DNA from: Bacteroidales bacterium UBA5762
GTDB taxonomy: Bacteria > Bacteroidota > Bacteroidia > Bacteroidales > TTA-H9
DNA length: 64,000 nucleotides
Reading direction: 5' to 3'
Assembly (NCBI GenBank): GCA_002418865.1
Contig: DIEY01000003.1
Location: forward strand, 31,062-95,061
This document shows, in pieces, positions 46,915-58,433 of this stretch. Under the pieces are notes generated by a model. It had not been told where the DNA came from. It worked only from the letters and a program-made list of their open reading frames with translations, and made no database searches. Each line of letters starts with the position of its first letter. The first letter of the stretch is position 1. The position numbers and the translations under genes are program-made.

Positions 46915-47586
46915 ATGCTCCAGCGAAATTTCGAAGATAATTATCGCCATAAAGGATTGAGGAAAAAACTGGTAGAAGAAATTAAAAGAAAAGGCATTAG
47001 CGATGAGAATGTTTTGAAAGCCATTGAAGAAATTCCACGGCATTGGTTCCTCGATGCCGCTTTTCTTGAATTTGCCTATCAAGATAAACCTTTCCCTATT
47101 GCATGTCAACAAACCATTTCACAGCCCTATACTGTGGCTTTTCAAACTCAACTGCTCGATGTAAAACCCAGAGAAAAAGTATTGGAAATAGGAACGGGCT
47201 CAGGATATCAGGCTTGTGTATTGTCAAAACTTGGAGCAAAGGTGTTTACAATTGAAAGACAAAAAAAACTATATCAACAAACCAAGGAATTTTTAATAGC
47301 AGCAGGGTTCCCCGAAATCAAATGTTTTTACGGAGATGGATATAAAGGCTTACCTGCCTATGCTCCTTTTGACAAAATTATTATAACGGCAGGGGCGCCA
47401 GAAATTCCAGAGGCACTCATCGAGCAATTAAAACCAGGAGGCAGGCTGGTAGTGCCTGTGGGCGATTATTCATTTCAAATCATGACTTTGGTTATAAAAA
47501 ATGCCGACGGGAGCATAACCAAAGAAGAGCATGGCGTTTTTGCCTTTGTCCCCATGTTGAAAAATAAGGCAAACGATAATGTTTAA
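46915..47586 (+). CDS. pcm: Protein-L-isoaspartate O-methyltransferase
   Basis: Motifs: TISQPYTVA, VLEIGTGSGYQACVLS and GGRLVVPVG. Confidence 0.9.
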   Translation: MLQRNFEDNYRHKGLRKKLVEEIKRKGISDENVLKAIEEIPRHWFLDAAFLEFAYQDKPFPIACQQTISQPYTVAFQTQLLDVKPREKVLEIGTGSGYQACVLSKLGAKVFTIERQKKLYQQTKEFLIAAGFPEIKCFYGDGYKGLPAYAPFDKIIITAGAPEIPEALIEQLKPGGRLVVPVGDYSFQIMTLVIKNADGSITKEEHGVFAFVPMLKNKANDNV

Positions 47587-48743
47587 TTCGAATATTTTAC
47601 TACATCTTCGGCCGAAATAACACGTTCACACAGAATAGCCAATCTCTCCACCATATTTCGAAGTTCACGTACATTTCCTGTCCATTTTCGTTTTTTAAGC
47701 GCTTCGAGAGCATCGGGAGTAAATTCGAGAGAAGGTTTGCCCATTTCGGCCGATATTATCTCCATAAAGTGTTTTGTCAATAAAGGAATATCTTCTGTGC
47801 GTTCTTCTAAAGAAGGCACATGGATAATAATTACGCTCAAACGGTGGTATAGATCCTCTCTAAAGTTTCCTTTCGTAATCTCAGCTTTTAAATCTTTATT
47901 AGTAGCGGCGATAATGCGCACGTCAACTGGTATCTCCTTTTCACCTCCTACCCTTGTAATTTTATTTTCTTGCAATGACCTCAATACCTTAGCTTGAGCC
48001 GATAAACTCATATCGCCAACTTCGTCAAGAAACAAGGTTCCTCCATTGGCCAGTTCAAAATCGCCCTTTCTTTGTTTAATAGCCGAAGTGAAAGATCCTT
48101 TTTCATGTCCAAACAATTGGCTTTCGATGAGTTCGGAGGGTATAGCGGCACAGTTTACTTCAACAAATGGGCCATGAGCTCTTGGACTGTTTTCGTGCAA
48201 GGCCCTGGCAACTAATTCCTTGCCAGTTCCATTCTCACCCGTTATCAATACTCGTGCATTCGTCGGAGCAACTCTCTCTATCATAGCCAATACATTTTTT
48301 ATGGCTTCCGACTCCCCTATAATTTGATTATTCTTTAAAACCCTTTTCCTCAGATTACGCGTTTCATTCAAGAGTTTGGAACGATCAAGCGCATTTCTTA
48401 CACTAACCAGTAAACGATTGAGGTCGAGTGGTTTGCTAATATAGTCGAATGCACCTTTTTTAATGGCTTCTACGGCTGTATCAATGGTGCCATGTCCAGA
48501 TATCATAATAACTGGCGTTTCACCTTGCTCCTGCACCTTTTCTAAAACTTCTATCCCGTCAATTCCAGGCATCTTTATATCACACAACACCACATCATAA
48601 TCATTGGATTGAACTTTTTCTATGGCTTCCTGCCCATTTTGAGCTTCATCTACGCTATATTTTTCGTATTCAAGAATCTCTCTTAAAGTTTTACGTATAG
48701 CACGCTCATCATCAACTACAAGAATTCTTGGCATTTCAATCAA
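47583..48743 (-). CDS. Sigma-54-dependent response regulator (receiver + AAA+) lacking a C-terminal HTH domain
   Basis: Receiver motifs ILVVDDE, LCDIKMPGIDG and SKP. AAA+ motifs GENGTGKE, GSFTSA (in place of GAFTGA), LFLDEVGDM and GNVRELRN. The protein ends ~25 aa after the sensor II region. Confidence 0.85.
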   Translation of the reverse strand: MIEMPRILVVDDERAIRKTLREILEYEKYSVDEAQNGQEAIEKVQSNDYDVVLCDIKMPGIDGIEVLEKVQEQGETPVIMISGHGTIDTAVEAIKKGAFDYISKPLDLNRLLVSVRNALDRSKLLNETRNLRKRVLKNNQIIGESEAIKNVLAMIERVAPTNARVLITGENGTGKELVARALHENSPRAHGPFVEVNCAAIPSELIESQLFGHEKGSFTSAIKQRKGDFELANGGTLFLDEVGDMSLSAQAKVLRSLQENKITRVGGEKEIPVDVRIIAATNKDLKAEITKGNFREDLYHRLSVIIIHVPSLEERTEDIPLLTKHFMEIISAEMGKPSLEFTPDALEALKKRKWTGNVRELRNMVERLAILCERVISAEDVVKYSN

Positions 48744-48767
48744 TCCATTTCAGACTACAAACTTACT

Positions 48768-48775
48768 CATTTTCT
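48768..48775 (-). promoter_or_regulatory. Candidate -7 element TAAGTTTG for the sigma-54 activator gene
   Basis: The minus strand matches TAnnTTTG, 25 nt upstream of the ATG at 48743. Confidence 0.35.
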
Positions 48776-48848
48776 GAATATCCTTCTTGAGGCTTTGCAT
48801 CTTTTTTGCTTTTACCCCAAAAAATTTATATCCGAAACATTTCAATAT

Positions 48849-48879
48849 TTTGATAACCCAGTAAAATATAGTAATTTTG
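48849..48879 (+). promoter_or_regulatory. Bacteroidetes sigma-A type promoter of the rimP-nusA-infB operon
   Basis: TTTG at 48849-48852, a 19-nt spacer, then TAATTTTG at 48872-48879. The rimP ATG is at 48965. Confidence 0.55.
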
Positions 48880-48918
48880 CAAATGATTTAGAGTGCATTT
48901 TGGATGCAAAATCAAAGA

Positions 48919-48943
48919 TGGGGATTCAATCCCCAATTTTTAT
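48919..48943 (+). terminator. Terminator-like hairpin in the rimP leader (possible attenuator)
   Basis: TGGGGA-TTCAA-TCCCCA (48919-48935) is followed by ATTTTTAT. It lies between the promoter and the rimP start. Confidence 0.35.
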
Positions 48944-48964
48944 ATCTAAAATTATGATTCACAA

Positions 48965-49429
48965 ATGATTGAAAGCATTAAAATATTGGAAATCATTGAT
49001 TCGTATTTAGAAGGAAGCGATAAATTTCTGGTTGATTTAAAAGTAAAACCAGGCAATAAAATCCTTGTGTTTATAGATGGTGATCATGGCATAGATATTG
49101 AAGATTGCGTCGAGCTGAGTCGGTTCATAGAGTCGAAATTAAAGAGTGAAGAAGAAGATTATTCTTTGGAGGTTTCGTCGGCAGGTGCCGAGTCTCCCAT
49201 ACGACTAAAGCGCCAATATCATCGTCATATTGGCCGAATGTTTCGAATCATTTTAACCGATAAAATTCAGCTAAGAGGACAGCTTTTGCGAGTTGAACCG
49301 GAAGGCATAGTTTTAAATGTGCAGCAATCCACTACTACAGATAAAGGAAAGAAAAAAATCCAATGGGTTGAAAAGTATTATCCTTTCGAAAAGATTGATG
49401 AAGCCCGTATAGAATTAAGCTTTAAATAA
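48965..49429 (+). CDS. rimP: Ribosome maturation factor RimP
   Basis: 154 aa and located directly upstream of nusA. The LEVSSAGAESPI motif (RimP LEVSSPG-type) is present. Confidence 0.85.
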   Translation: MIESIKILEIIDSYLEGSDKFLVDLKVKPGNKILVFIDGDHGIDIEDCVELSRFIESKLKSEEEDYSLEVSSAGAESPIRLKRQYHRHIGRMFRIILTDKIQLRGQLLRVEPEGIVLNVQQSTTTDKGKKKIQWVEKYYPFEKIDEARIELSFK

Positions 49430-49457
49430 TTTTGCAATAATTTAACATTCTGATTTT

Positions 49458-50690
49458 ATGGAACATAATCTAATAACTTCTTTCACAGAATTCAAAGATT
49501 ATAAAAATATCGATAGAGAGATGCTGATGCGCATCTTAGAAGATGTTTTCCGTCACACCTTAATAAAGAAATTTGGTACCGACGAAAACTTCGACATCAT
49601 TGTAAACATTGACAAGGGCGACCTTGAAATATGGAGAACACTAACTATAGTGGAAGATGGCAAACTTACCGATCCCAACAAAGAAATAGAATATTCGGAA
49701 GCCATAAAGCTTGAACCCGATTTCGAAGTTGGCGAGCAAGTTTATCAAGAAATTAAGCTCGAAGATTTTGGGCGTCGAGAAATACTTACCATACGACAAA
49801 ATCTTATTAGCAAGATTCAGGAATACGAAAAAGATAATGTTTATCGTAAATATAAGGACAAGGTTGGGGAAATTATTACAGGAGAAGTTTATCAAATTTG
49901 GAAAAAGGAGATTCTTGTACTCGATGATGAAGGCATTGAGCTCACCTTGCCCAAAAGCGAACAGATACCTCACGATCATTACCGCAAGGGTGATACCATT
50001 AGAGCAGTAGTATCTAATGTTGAGCTGCGTAATAATCAACCCATTATCATTCTTTCGCGCACTTCACCGCTTTTTCTCGAAAAACTTATCGAACAAGAAG
50101 TACCCGAAGTTTATGATGGACTTATCACTATAAAGAAAATTGTAAGAGTCCCTGGCGAAAGAGCCAAGGTAGCTGTTGAATCTTATGATGATCGCATCGA
50201 CCCTGTTGGAGCTTGTGTGGGCATGAAAGGTTCACGAATTCATGGAATTGTGCGTGAGTTGCGAAACGAAAACATTGATGTGATTAATTATACCTCTAAC
50301 CCAAGTCTTTACATCCAGAGAGCCCTGAGCCCAGCAAAAGTTTCTTCCATCGTCATTGATGAAGAAAACAAGAGAGCCGAAGTTTATATGAAACCCGACC
50401 AAGTTTCGCTTGCCATTGGTAAAGGTGGTTATAACATCAAACTTGCCGGCAAACTCACAGGTTACGAAATCGACGTTTACCGTGACACTGATATTGAATA
50501 TGAAGATGTTGATTTACAGGAATTCTCAGATGAAATCGATCAATGGATTATCGAAACTTTCAAATCTATTGGCCTCGACACGGCTAAAAGCGTTTTGAAT
50601 GAAAGCGTAGAAGAATTGATCCGTAGAACCGACCTCGAGGAAGAAACTATCCTTGAGGTTAGAAAGATATTACAGGCCGAATTCGAATAA
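49458..50690 (+). CDS. nusA: Transcription termination/antitermination factor NusA
   Basis: N-terminal domain, S1 domain (GEIITGEVYQI), tandem KH domains (GACVGMKGSRI, AIGKGGYNIKLA). Confidence 0.95.
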   Translation: MEHNLITSFTEFKDYKNIDREMLMRILEDVFRHTLIKKFGTDENFDIIVNIDKGDLEIWRTLTIVEDGKLTDPNKEIEYSEAIKLEPDFEVGEQVYQEIKLEDFGRREILTIRQNLISKIQEYEKDNVYRKYKDKVGEIITGEVYQIWKKEILVLDDEGIELTLPKSEQIPHDHYRKGDTIRAVVSNVELRNNQPIIILSRTSPLFLEKLIEQEVPEVYDGLITIKKIVRVPGERAKVAVESYDDRIDPVGACVGMKGSRIHGIVRELRNENIDVINYTSNPSLYIQRALSPAKVSSIVIDEENKRAEVYMKPDQVSLAIGKGGYNIKLAGKLTGYEIDVYRDTDIEYEDVDLQEFSDEIDQWIIETFKSIGLDTAKSVLNESVEELIRRTDLEEETILEVRKILQAEFE

Positions 50691-50775
50691 GTTATCACAT
50701 TTATAAGTTATCTTCAAAAAACTAAAAAACCCTTGTCATAATACAATAAACACTTATTATTTCATAATTATCGAC

Positions 50776-50783
50776 TAATTTTG
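50776..50783 (+). promoter_or_regulatory. Candidate internal -7 element TAATTTTG upstream of infB
   Basis: Exact TAnnTTTG in the 123-nt nusA-infB spacer, 31 nt before the ATG. I saw no -33 TTTG. Confidence 0.35.
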
Positions 50784-50813
50784 CAAAAATTATAGGGTAT
50801 CGAAAAAACATTT

Positions 50814-53800
50814 ATGTCAGAAGAAAAAATATCGATAAGGCTCAGTAAAATTGCGACTGAATTCAATGTTGGGATTAGTACTATAGTGGAAGACCTGGCC
50901 AAAAAAGGTCATAAAATAGAAAATAATCCCAACACAAAGATTCCAGCCGAGCTATATGAATTATTACGAAAATTGTATGAACCTGACAAAAAAATAAAAG
51001 AGTCTGTCGACAAAAAAAACATTTCTTCCTTTAAAAAAGAAATTCCATTACCTGAAACTAAAAAGATAAAAGACGATGCTTTAGCTGAAACTGAAGCTGA
51101 AAGTATTATTATTAAAGAAAATCTGATAAGGCCAGAAATGCTTCCTTCAACTAGGATGACAACTGCCCCTACAGAAAAGGAAGTCGTTACCACTACCGAG
51201 AAACAGCTCACAGCAGAAAGTAAACATAATATTTCTAAAGAAGAAGTCGAAGAAATTCCTATTCAATCGACCATTCAAGAGATGATGCCAGGGCCTAAAA
51301 TCTTAGGCAAGATTGACCTCGAAAAACAGAAACCTCCTAAAAAAACAACTAAACCACCTATTCCAAAAAAGGAAACTCCAAAACAAAAAATTGAGCCTTC
51401 AATAAACGTAGCTAAAAATGTTGAAGAGGAATTTGCAGTCGACATTGAAACCACAACGCCCAAAGAAATTCCAACTACAGTTATACCCAAAGAAAAACAA
51501 ACGCCTAATCCACAACCTATAGCTGAAAATTTAACAAAAGCCGAAGACAAGACACCGCAGCCCGAATTTGCGGAATCTATCGAGCTAAATAAGGAATCTA
51601 TCGAAGAACCACAGTTTGAGATAGCGCAAAGCCCTAATATCGAAAGTGAAGAAATCAAAATAAAAGAAACTGCAGAAACGGAAAAAATTTCTGTTGATGA
51701 ACTAGAACTGAGTCCAAAATCTGAAATTAAAGAGGAGCCGCCCGCTGAAGAAGTTGCTACAGAAGAAAAAAACACAAAACCAGACAATTTTATTCCAACC
51801 CAAGTTGACAAATTATCCGGCCCTACTATTGTTGGGAAGATAGATTTAGAACAGGTTAAAGAAAACAAACACGTCACAAAGCAGCCAATAGCCACTTCTG
51901 CCGATGTAATTGGGAAAAAATCGAAAAAAAAGAAAAGGAAAAGAATTAGTAGCGAAAGTTCTGTAACAAACGAGAATGTTATTAAGAATGAAACAACGCC
52001 TAAAACACATAAGCCTGTAGTTCATAAAGTTAGTGAAAAAAAGGCCAAATTAAAAGAACGTAAGGAAATTAAAGAAGAGATAAAGCCTGAACTAAGCGAA
52101 GAAGAAATTCAAAAAAAGGTAAAAGAAACTCTTTCGGCACTCAAGTCACAAAGCAGCCCATCGTCGAAAACGGCTAAAATAAGGCGAGCTAAAAGAGCTG
52201 CCCAATTAGAAAAAAACGCTCGAAGACTCGAAGAAGAAGAAGAACAGAAAAAAATACTAAAAGTCAGCGAGTTCCTTACGGCTAACGAATTGGCCACATT
52301 AATGAATGTTCCCGTAAATGAGGTAATTAAGACCTGCTTAGATTTAGGTTTGTTCGTATCTATCAATCAGAGGATAGACGCCGAAACCATCAGTATAATC
52401 GCATCTGAGTTTGGTTATGAAGTAGATTTTTCAGAAGAAGAAATCCTCGAAGAAATGGATCAAAAATTTGAAGATAATCCAGAGGATTACATTCCGCGCC
52501 ATCCTATTGTTACAGTTATGGGTCATGTTGATCATGGCAAGACAAAACTTCTCGACTACATTCGCAATTCCAATGTTATTGCTGGGGAATATGGTGGAAT
52601 AACCCAACATATTGGTGCTTATGAAGTAACATTGAGTAATGGCAAAAAGATCACTTTTTTGGATACACCTGGTCATGAAGCCTTTACGGCCATGAGGGCT
52701 CGTGGAGCTAAAATTACAGACATTGCCATTATTGTTGTTGCAGCCGATGATGGAGTGATGCCCCAAACTAAGGAAGCCATCAATCATGCGCTAGCAGCAG
52801 GAGTTCCTTTGGTATTTGCCATCAATAAAATCGACAAACCTACGGCCAATCCCGCTAAAGTGAAGGAGGAGCTTGCCAATATGAATATTCTGGTGGAAGA
52901 TTGGGGAGGAAAATATCAATGTCAGGAGATTTCTGCAAAAACAGGACAAAATGTGGATTTGTTGCTCGAAAAAGTCTTGCTCGAAGCCGAACTGCTCGAC
53001 TTGAAAGCCAATCCCAAACGGCCAGCCACAGGCACAGTCATTGAATCCAGCTTGGATAAAGGTCGTGGTTATGTGGCTAAAATTCTGGTGCAAAATGGAA
53101 CCTTACATCAAGGTGATATCATTGTAGCAGGTAGTGTATATGGTAAGGTAAAAGCCATGTATAATGAACGTAATCAAATGGTGAAGGAAGTCGGCCCTTC
53201 ATCACCTATACTTATATTGGGTCTTACTGGCGCCCCCCAAGCGGGCGATAAATTCAGCGTCTTTCTCGACGATAAAGAAGCCAAAGCTGTTGCCAACAAG
53301 CGACAACAACTTCAACGTGAAATGGAAATTAGAACGCAAAAGCATATTACCCTTGAAGAAATAGGTCGTAGAATAGCTATTGGCGATTTTAAAGAACTCA
53401 ACTTAATTGTGAAAGGTGATGTAGATGGTTCGGTTGAAGCTCTTTCCGATGCTTTATTGAAACTCTCCACGGATGAGGTTCAGGTTAATGTGATCCATAA
53501 GTCGATAGGACAGGTTACGGAAACGGATGTATTGTTAGCTTCAGCCTCAAATGCCATTATTATAGGATTTCAAGTGCGTCCTTCGGCCAATGCCAAAAAA
53601 CTTGCCGAACATGAACAAATTGACATAAGGCTTTATTCTATTATTTATCAAGCAATTGATGAAATAAAAGCCGCCATCGAGGGAATGACATCTCCAAAAA
53701 TCGAAGAAAAAATCGTATGCAATCTCGAAGTAAAAGAGATCTTCAATATCAGCAAGGTTGGCACTGTAGCTGGTTGCATCGTTCTGGATGGTACTATCAA

Positions 53801-54005
53801 TCGGCATACAAGAATTAGGGTCATCCGCGATGGTATTGTTATTCATACAGGCCGTCTTGGTTCCCTCAAACGCTTTAAGGAAGATGTAAAAGAAGTAAAA
53901 GCTGGTCAGGAATGTGGGCTGAATATAGAAGGATTCAATGACATCAAGATCGGTGATATTATTGAGGGTTTCGAAGAAGTAGAAGTTAAAAAAACCATTA
54001 AATAA
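50814..54005 (+). CDS. infB: Translation initiation factor IF-2
   Basis: G-domain motifs [13 protein letters not shown] and NKID. There are two IF2_N-type helical modules and a ~430 aa K/E/P/T-rich low-complexity spacer. Confidence 0.95.
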   Translation: MSEEKISIRLSKIATEFNVGISTIVEDLAKKGHKIENNPNTKIPAELYELLRKLYEPDKKIKESVDKKNISSFKKEIPLPETKKIKDDALAETEAESIIIKENLIRPEMLPSTRMTTAPTEKEVVTTTEKQLTAESKHNISKEEVEEIPIQSTIQEMMPGPKILGKIDLEKQKPPKKTTKPPIPKKETPKQKIEPSINVAKNVEEEFAVDIETTTPKEIPTTVIPKEKQTPNPQPIAENLTKAEDKTPQPEFAESIELNKESIEEPQFEIAQSPNIESEEIKIKETAETEKISVDELELSPKSEIKEEPPAEEVATEEKNTKPDNFIPTQVDKLSGPTIVGKIDLEQVKENKHVTKQPIATSADVIGKKSKKKKRKRISSESSVTNENVIKNETTPKTHKPVVHKVSEKKAKLKERKEIKEEIKPELSEEEIQKKVKETLSALKSQSSPSSKTAKIRRAKRAAQLEKNARRLEEEEEQKKILKVSEFLTANELATLMNVPVNEVIKTCLDLGLFVSINQRIDAETISIIASEFGYEVDFSEEEILEEMDQKFEDNPEDYIPRHPIVTVMGHVDHGKTKLLDYIRNSNVIAGEYGGITQHIGAYEVTLSNGKKITFLDTPGHEAFTAMRARGAKITDIAIIVVAADDGVMPQTKEAINHALAAGVPLVFAINKIDKPTANPAKVKEELANMNILVEDWGGKYQCQEISAKTGQNVDLLLEKVLLEAELLDLKANPKRPATGTVIESSLDKGRGYVAKILVQNGTLHQGDIIVAGSVYGKVKAMYNERNQMVKEVGPSSPILILGLTGAPQAGDKFSVFLDDKEAKAVANKRQQLQREMEIRTQKHITLEEIGRRIAIGDFKELNLIVKGDVDGSVEALSDALLKLSTDEVQVNVIHKSIGQVTETDVLLASASNAIIIGFQVRPSANAKKLAEHEQIDIRLYSIIYQAIDEIKAAIEGMTSPKIEEKIVCNLEVKEIFNISKVGTVAGCIVLDGTINRHTRIRVIRDGIVIHTGRLGSLKRFKEDVKEVKAGQECGLNIEGFNDIKIGDIIEGFEEVEVKKTIK

Positions 54006-54022
54006 AATCCCCCTTTTCTTTA

Positions 54023-54066
54023 TAAAAAAGGCTCCTCTTCCCATCAAAAAAGGAGCCTTAATATTT
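54023..54066. terminator. Bidirectional terminator between convergent infB and purA
   Basis: AGGCTCCT (54029-54036) pairs with AGGAGCCT (54051-54058). The A-run on the plus-strand 5' side gives a good U-tract for purA. The tract for infB is weaker. Confidence 0.7.
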
Positions 54067-54079
54067 TAATATGCGCTTA

Positions 54080-55426
<1,347 letters not shown>

Positions 55427-55558
55427 TTATCGAGGTTTATGAGCCTAATTCTCATTACTAAACAAGTAATGACTTTTTTAGATAACATAAAAAGACATTT
55501 TTCCGGAAGCGATCATTTCAACCGGAAAGAATATCTACAAAATTAAAAAAAGTTAAGA

Positions 55559-56026
55559 TTAGTTTTTAGTTTGTTTACGTTTTCCGAAAAAAATGAGGGA
55601 ATGGCCTTCAATTTCAACACCCAGAAGATGTTCTATGTCTTTTTGAATCTCCATGATTCGAGGGTCGCAAAACTCAAGAAGTTCTTTTACTTCACCGTTT
55701 TCGTAACAAACAACATGATCATGCTGCAGAAGTTTATATGATTTTTCATATACGGCAGCTGTTGAACCAAACTGATGCTTGCTCACCAAACCACAATCAA
55801 GCAATAATTCTATGGTATTATATAGCGTAGCACGGCTAACTTGATATTTATTTCGTTTCATGTGTAAAAAGAGGGATTCGATATCAAAATGACCTTCTGT
55901 TAAATAAATCTCTCTTAGGATAGCAAAACGTTCAGGAGTCTTTCTGTGACCCTTTTGTTGCAAATATTCAGCAAAAAAATTTTGAACGGTTTCTAAAGTA
56001 GCTTTATTTGTATTATTTTGATCCAT
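55559..56026 (-). CDS. fur: Fur-family transcriptional regulator
   Basis: Winged-helix region (RKTPERFAILREI...VSRATLYNTIELL) and the metal-site region HDHVVC. The two CxxC pairs of the structural Zn site are absent. Confidence 0.8.
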   Translation of the reverse strand: MDQNNTNKATLETVQNFFAEYLQQKGHRKTPERFAILREIYLTEGHFDIESLFLHMKRNKYQVSRATLYNTIELLLDCGLVSKHQFGSTAAVYEKSYKLLQHDHVVCYENGEVKELLEFCDPRIMEIQKDIEHLLGVEIEGHSLIFFGKRKQTKN

Positions 56027-56086
56027 AGCAAGTAAGAATTAAAGTATTCCCTATAGATTCTTCTTTTATAAGAACAACTCAGAAAC

Positions 56087-56094
56087 CAAAGTTA
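56087..56094 (-). promoter_or_regulatory. Candidate -7 element TAACTTTG for fur(-purA)
   Basis: The minus strand matches TAnnTTTG, 61 nt upstream of the fur ATG. Confidence 0.35.
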
Positions 56095-56159
56095 CAATTT
56101 TTATTTAAACTAATTTTAAATAGTAAGAATATGATCTAAGATATTCGTGAACTGGGGAA

Positions 56160-58421
56160 TTATCCGATGCGTGTAACATTTTGAACTCCAGAGACTTTTT
56201 TCAATTGTTTTATTAAGTCATTCAGTTGGTCGACATTGGTCACATATAAGGCAATATAACCTGCTGATATCCCATTATCGCTTTCGAAGTTGACCGATTT
56301 AATGTTGAGATTCAAGTCATTGGAAATAAGTTCAGAAATCTCTTTAAGTAAGCCTTTTCTGTCAATTGCATCTATTTTAATTCCTGCCAATACAGAGATT
56401 TTCGATCCTTCGAGCCATTTTACCTTCACGATGTTATTTCCAAAAGTAGAAGCCAAATGTATGGCTTGGCTGCATTGTGCCCTATGCACAACTATATTTC
56501 GATTATGATCAAGATAACCCATGACATCGTCACCTGGAATAGGTTTACAGCAATCGGCTATGATGTATTTTGCTTGTTCGAGATTACTATCAAGCATCTG
56601 AAGTTCAGGATTTTTACGTCCTATATTCATAACTTCGAACGACAAAGATTTACTTGGGTTATGTTTGCTTCGATGAAAAGGATTGACCGGTAACCAGCTA
56701 CGACTGGGTGGCGTCATTACCGATATCAGATATTTAGGATTGAGTAATCCCTGAGCCACCTCGTAATATAAATCGAGAAGGTTAGAACGATTAGTTTTTT
56801 GAAGCAACTCGTTCAGTTTTTCTTCAGTAAATGGCAGGTTTAATTTATTAAATATCTGATGAACTTGTTGTTCACCTGTATCATAATATTTTAATTTTTT
56901 TTCGCGAATATATTCTCTAATTCTTGCTTTAGCTCTTGAAGTTTTCACATGTTCCAACCAGTCTTCAGAAGGTTCTTGAATTTTTGAAGTCAAGATTTCT
57001 ATCTGATCTCCGCTTTTAAGTTCATAAAAGCGGCTCTGCAGTCGATGGTTCACATTGGCTCCTATGCAATGGTTACCTTCTTCGATACTGATGGCATAGG
57101 CAAAGTCGAGAACAGTACTTCCAGCCGGAAGTATACGAAGCTCTCCATCGAGTTTAAAGACAAAAACCTCGCTCGAGAAGAGATAACCCTGAACATCTTC
57201 GAGGAAGTCGAGTGCTCCGGCTTCTTCATTTTGAAGCATATCGCGGATGCGATCGAGCCAATTGTCGATGTTCTTATCGTCGTAATATTGTCCTTTGTAT
57301 TTCCAGTGTGCAGCATATCCTTTTTCGGCAATCTCATCCATACGCTCACTACGAATTTGCACTTCGACCCAACGTCCCTGCTTGCTCATAACGGTAGTAT
57401 GCAAAGCTTGATAACCATTAGCCCGGGGAATAGAAATCCAGTCTCTTAGGCGGTCGGGTTTCGGCCGATAATGAGAAGTAACTATGGAATAAGTTTGCCA
57501 ACAAGCGGCTCTTTCTTCTTTTATTGGAACATCAAGAATAATACGAATGGCAAATAAATCGTAAATTTCTTCAAAAGGGATACGTTTGTTTTTCATTTTG
57601 TTCCAAATAGAATATACCGATTTATTTCGTCTTAATATCCTGTAATTGAATCCCTTTTCTTTAAGATCTTTTTCTATAGGTTGAATAAATTCTTCGACGA
57701 AATTGGCTCTATCAGCGTCTGATTCGGCGAGGCGCCTTGAGATATCTTTATAAATTTCGGGTTCAATAAATTTAAGAGAAAGGTCTTCCATTTCACTCTT
57801 GATGTTGTAAAGACCAAGACGATGTGCCAGAGGTGCAAAAAGATAAGTAGTTTCGGCAGCAATTTTTAGTTGTTTTTCAGGATTCATGTATTCCAAGGTA
57901 CGCATGTTATGCAGACGGTCAGCAAGCTTGATAAGTATTACTCGAACGTCGTCGGATAACGTCAGCAACAATTTTCTGTAATGTTCGGCTTGATTAGAGG
58001 GTTGGGTATGATCGAAAATCTCCTTCATCTTGGTTAGGCCTTCACAAATACGAGCAATTTTATCACCGAAAATTCGGCGGATATCCTCAATAGAATACAA
58101 ATCGGAACGGTCTTCGACAACATCGTGAAGAAGAGCAGCGGCAATAGAAGTGGCTCCAAGTCCAATTTCTTCGGTACAAATGCGGGCAACTTCGAGTGGA
58201 TGATAGATATAGGGTTCGCCACTTTTGCGTCGCATATCTTTATGCGCATCTAAAGCTACTTCGAGAGCTTTTCGAATAAGAGCAAAATCTTCCTTGGCTT
58301 GCTCAGGCTTTGGATGAAAAACCGATAGCAGCCGCTTGTAACGTTTCAGAATCTCTTTTCGTTCGGCCTGAACATCATATCCCATTAATAAAAGTTTTTC
58401 GGTTTGCATCATTTTCTCCAC
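56160..58421 (-). CDS. Bifunctional long RelA/SpoT homologue, (p)ppGpp synthetase/hydrolase
   Basis: HD hydrolase domain (HPLEVARI...LLHDVVED), synthetase domain (RFYELKSG-upstream region with GYQALHTTV), and TGS and ACT C-terminal domains. Confidence 0.9.
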   Translation of the reverse strand: MEKMMQTEKLLLMGYDVQAERKEILKRYKRLLSVFHPKPEQAKEDFALIRKALEVALDAHKDMRRKSGEPYIYHPLEVARICTEEIGLGATSIAAALLHDVVEDRSDLYSIEDIRRIFGDKIARICEGLTKMKEIFDHTQPSNQAEHYRKLLLTLSDDVRVILIKLADRLHNMRTLEYMNPEKQLKIAAETTYLFAPLAHRLGLYNIKSEMEDLSLKFIEPEIYKDISRRLAESDADRANFVEEFIQPIEKDLKEKGFNYRILRRNKSVYSIWNKMKNKRIPFEEIYDLFAIRIILDVPIKEERAACWQTYSIVTSHYRPKPDRLRDWISIPRANGYQALHTTVMSKQGRWVEVQIRSERMDEIAEKGYAAHWKYKGQYYDDKNIDNWLDRIRDMLQNEEAGALDFLEDVQGYLFSSEVFVFKLDGELRILPAGSTVLDFAYAISIEEGNHCIGANVNHRLQSRFYELKSGDQIEILTSKIQEPSEDWLEHVKTSRAKARIREYIREKKLKYYDTGEQQVHQIFNKLNLPFTEEKLNELLQKTNRSNLLDLYYEVAQGLLNPKYLISVMTPPSRSWLPVNPFHRSKHNPSKSLSFEVMNIGRKNPELQMLDSNLEQAKYIIADCCKPIPGDDVMGYLDHNRNIVVHRAQCSQAIHLASTFGNNIVKVKWLEGSKISVLAGIKIDAIDRKGLLKEISELISNDLNLNIKSVNFESDNGISAGYIALYVTNVDQLNDLIKQLKKVSGVQNVTRIG

Positions 58422-58433
58422 TTGTGAAAAATA

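Noticed and set aside
51275-51895. A 206-aa antisense ORF (plus 50909-51211, 52109-52366 and others) inside infB.
   Set aside because: These lie opposite the K/E/P/T-rich low-complexity spacer of IF-2. The translated products are Ser/Gly/Phe-rich mirror artefacts. The sense-strand IF-2 reading frame is unambiguous.
55440-55545. Two hairpins in the fur-purA spacer (CATTACT-AAACA-AGTAATG and TTCCGG-15 nt-CCGGAA), considered as a purine riboswitch or attenuator.
   Set aside because: No purine-riboswitch core is present (no conserved junction nucleotides). The stems are short and AT-rich or lack U-tracts on the transcribed (minus) strand. This stays unexplained but weak.
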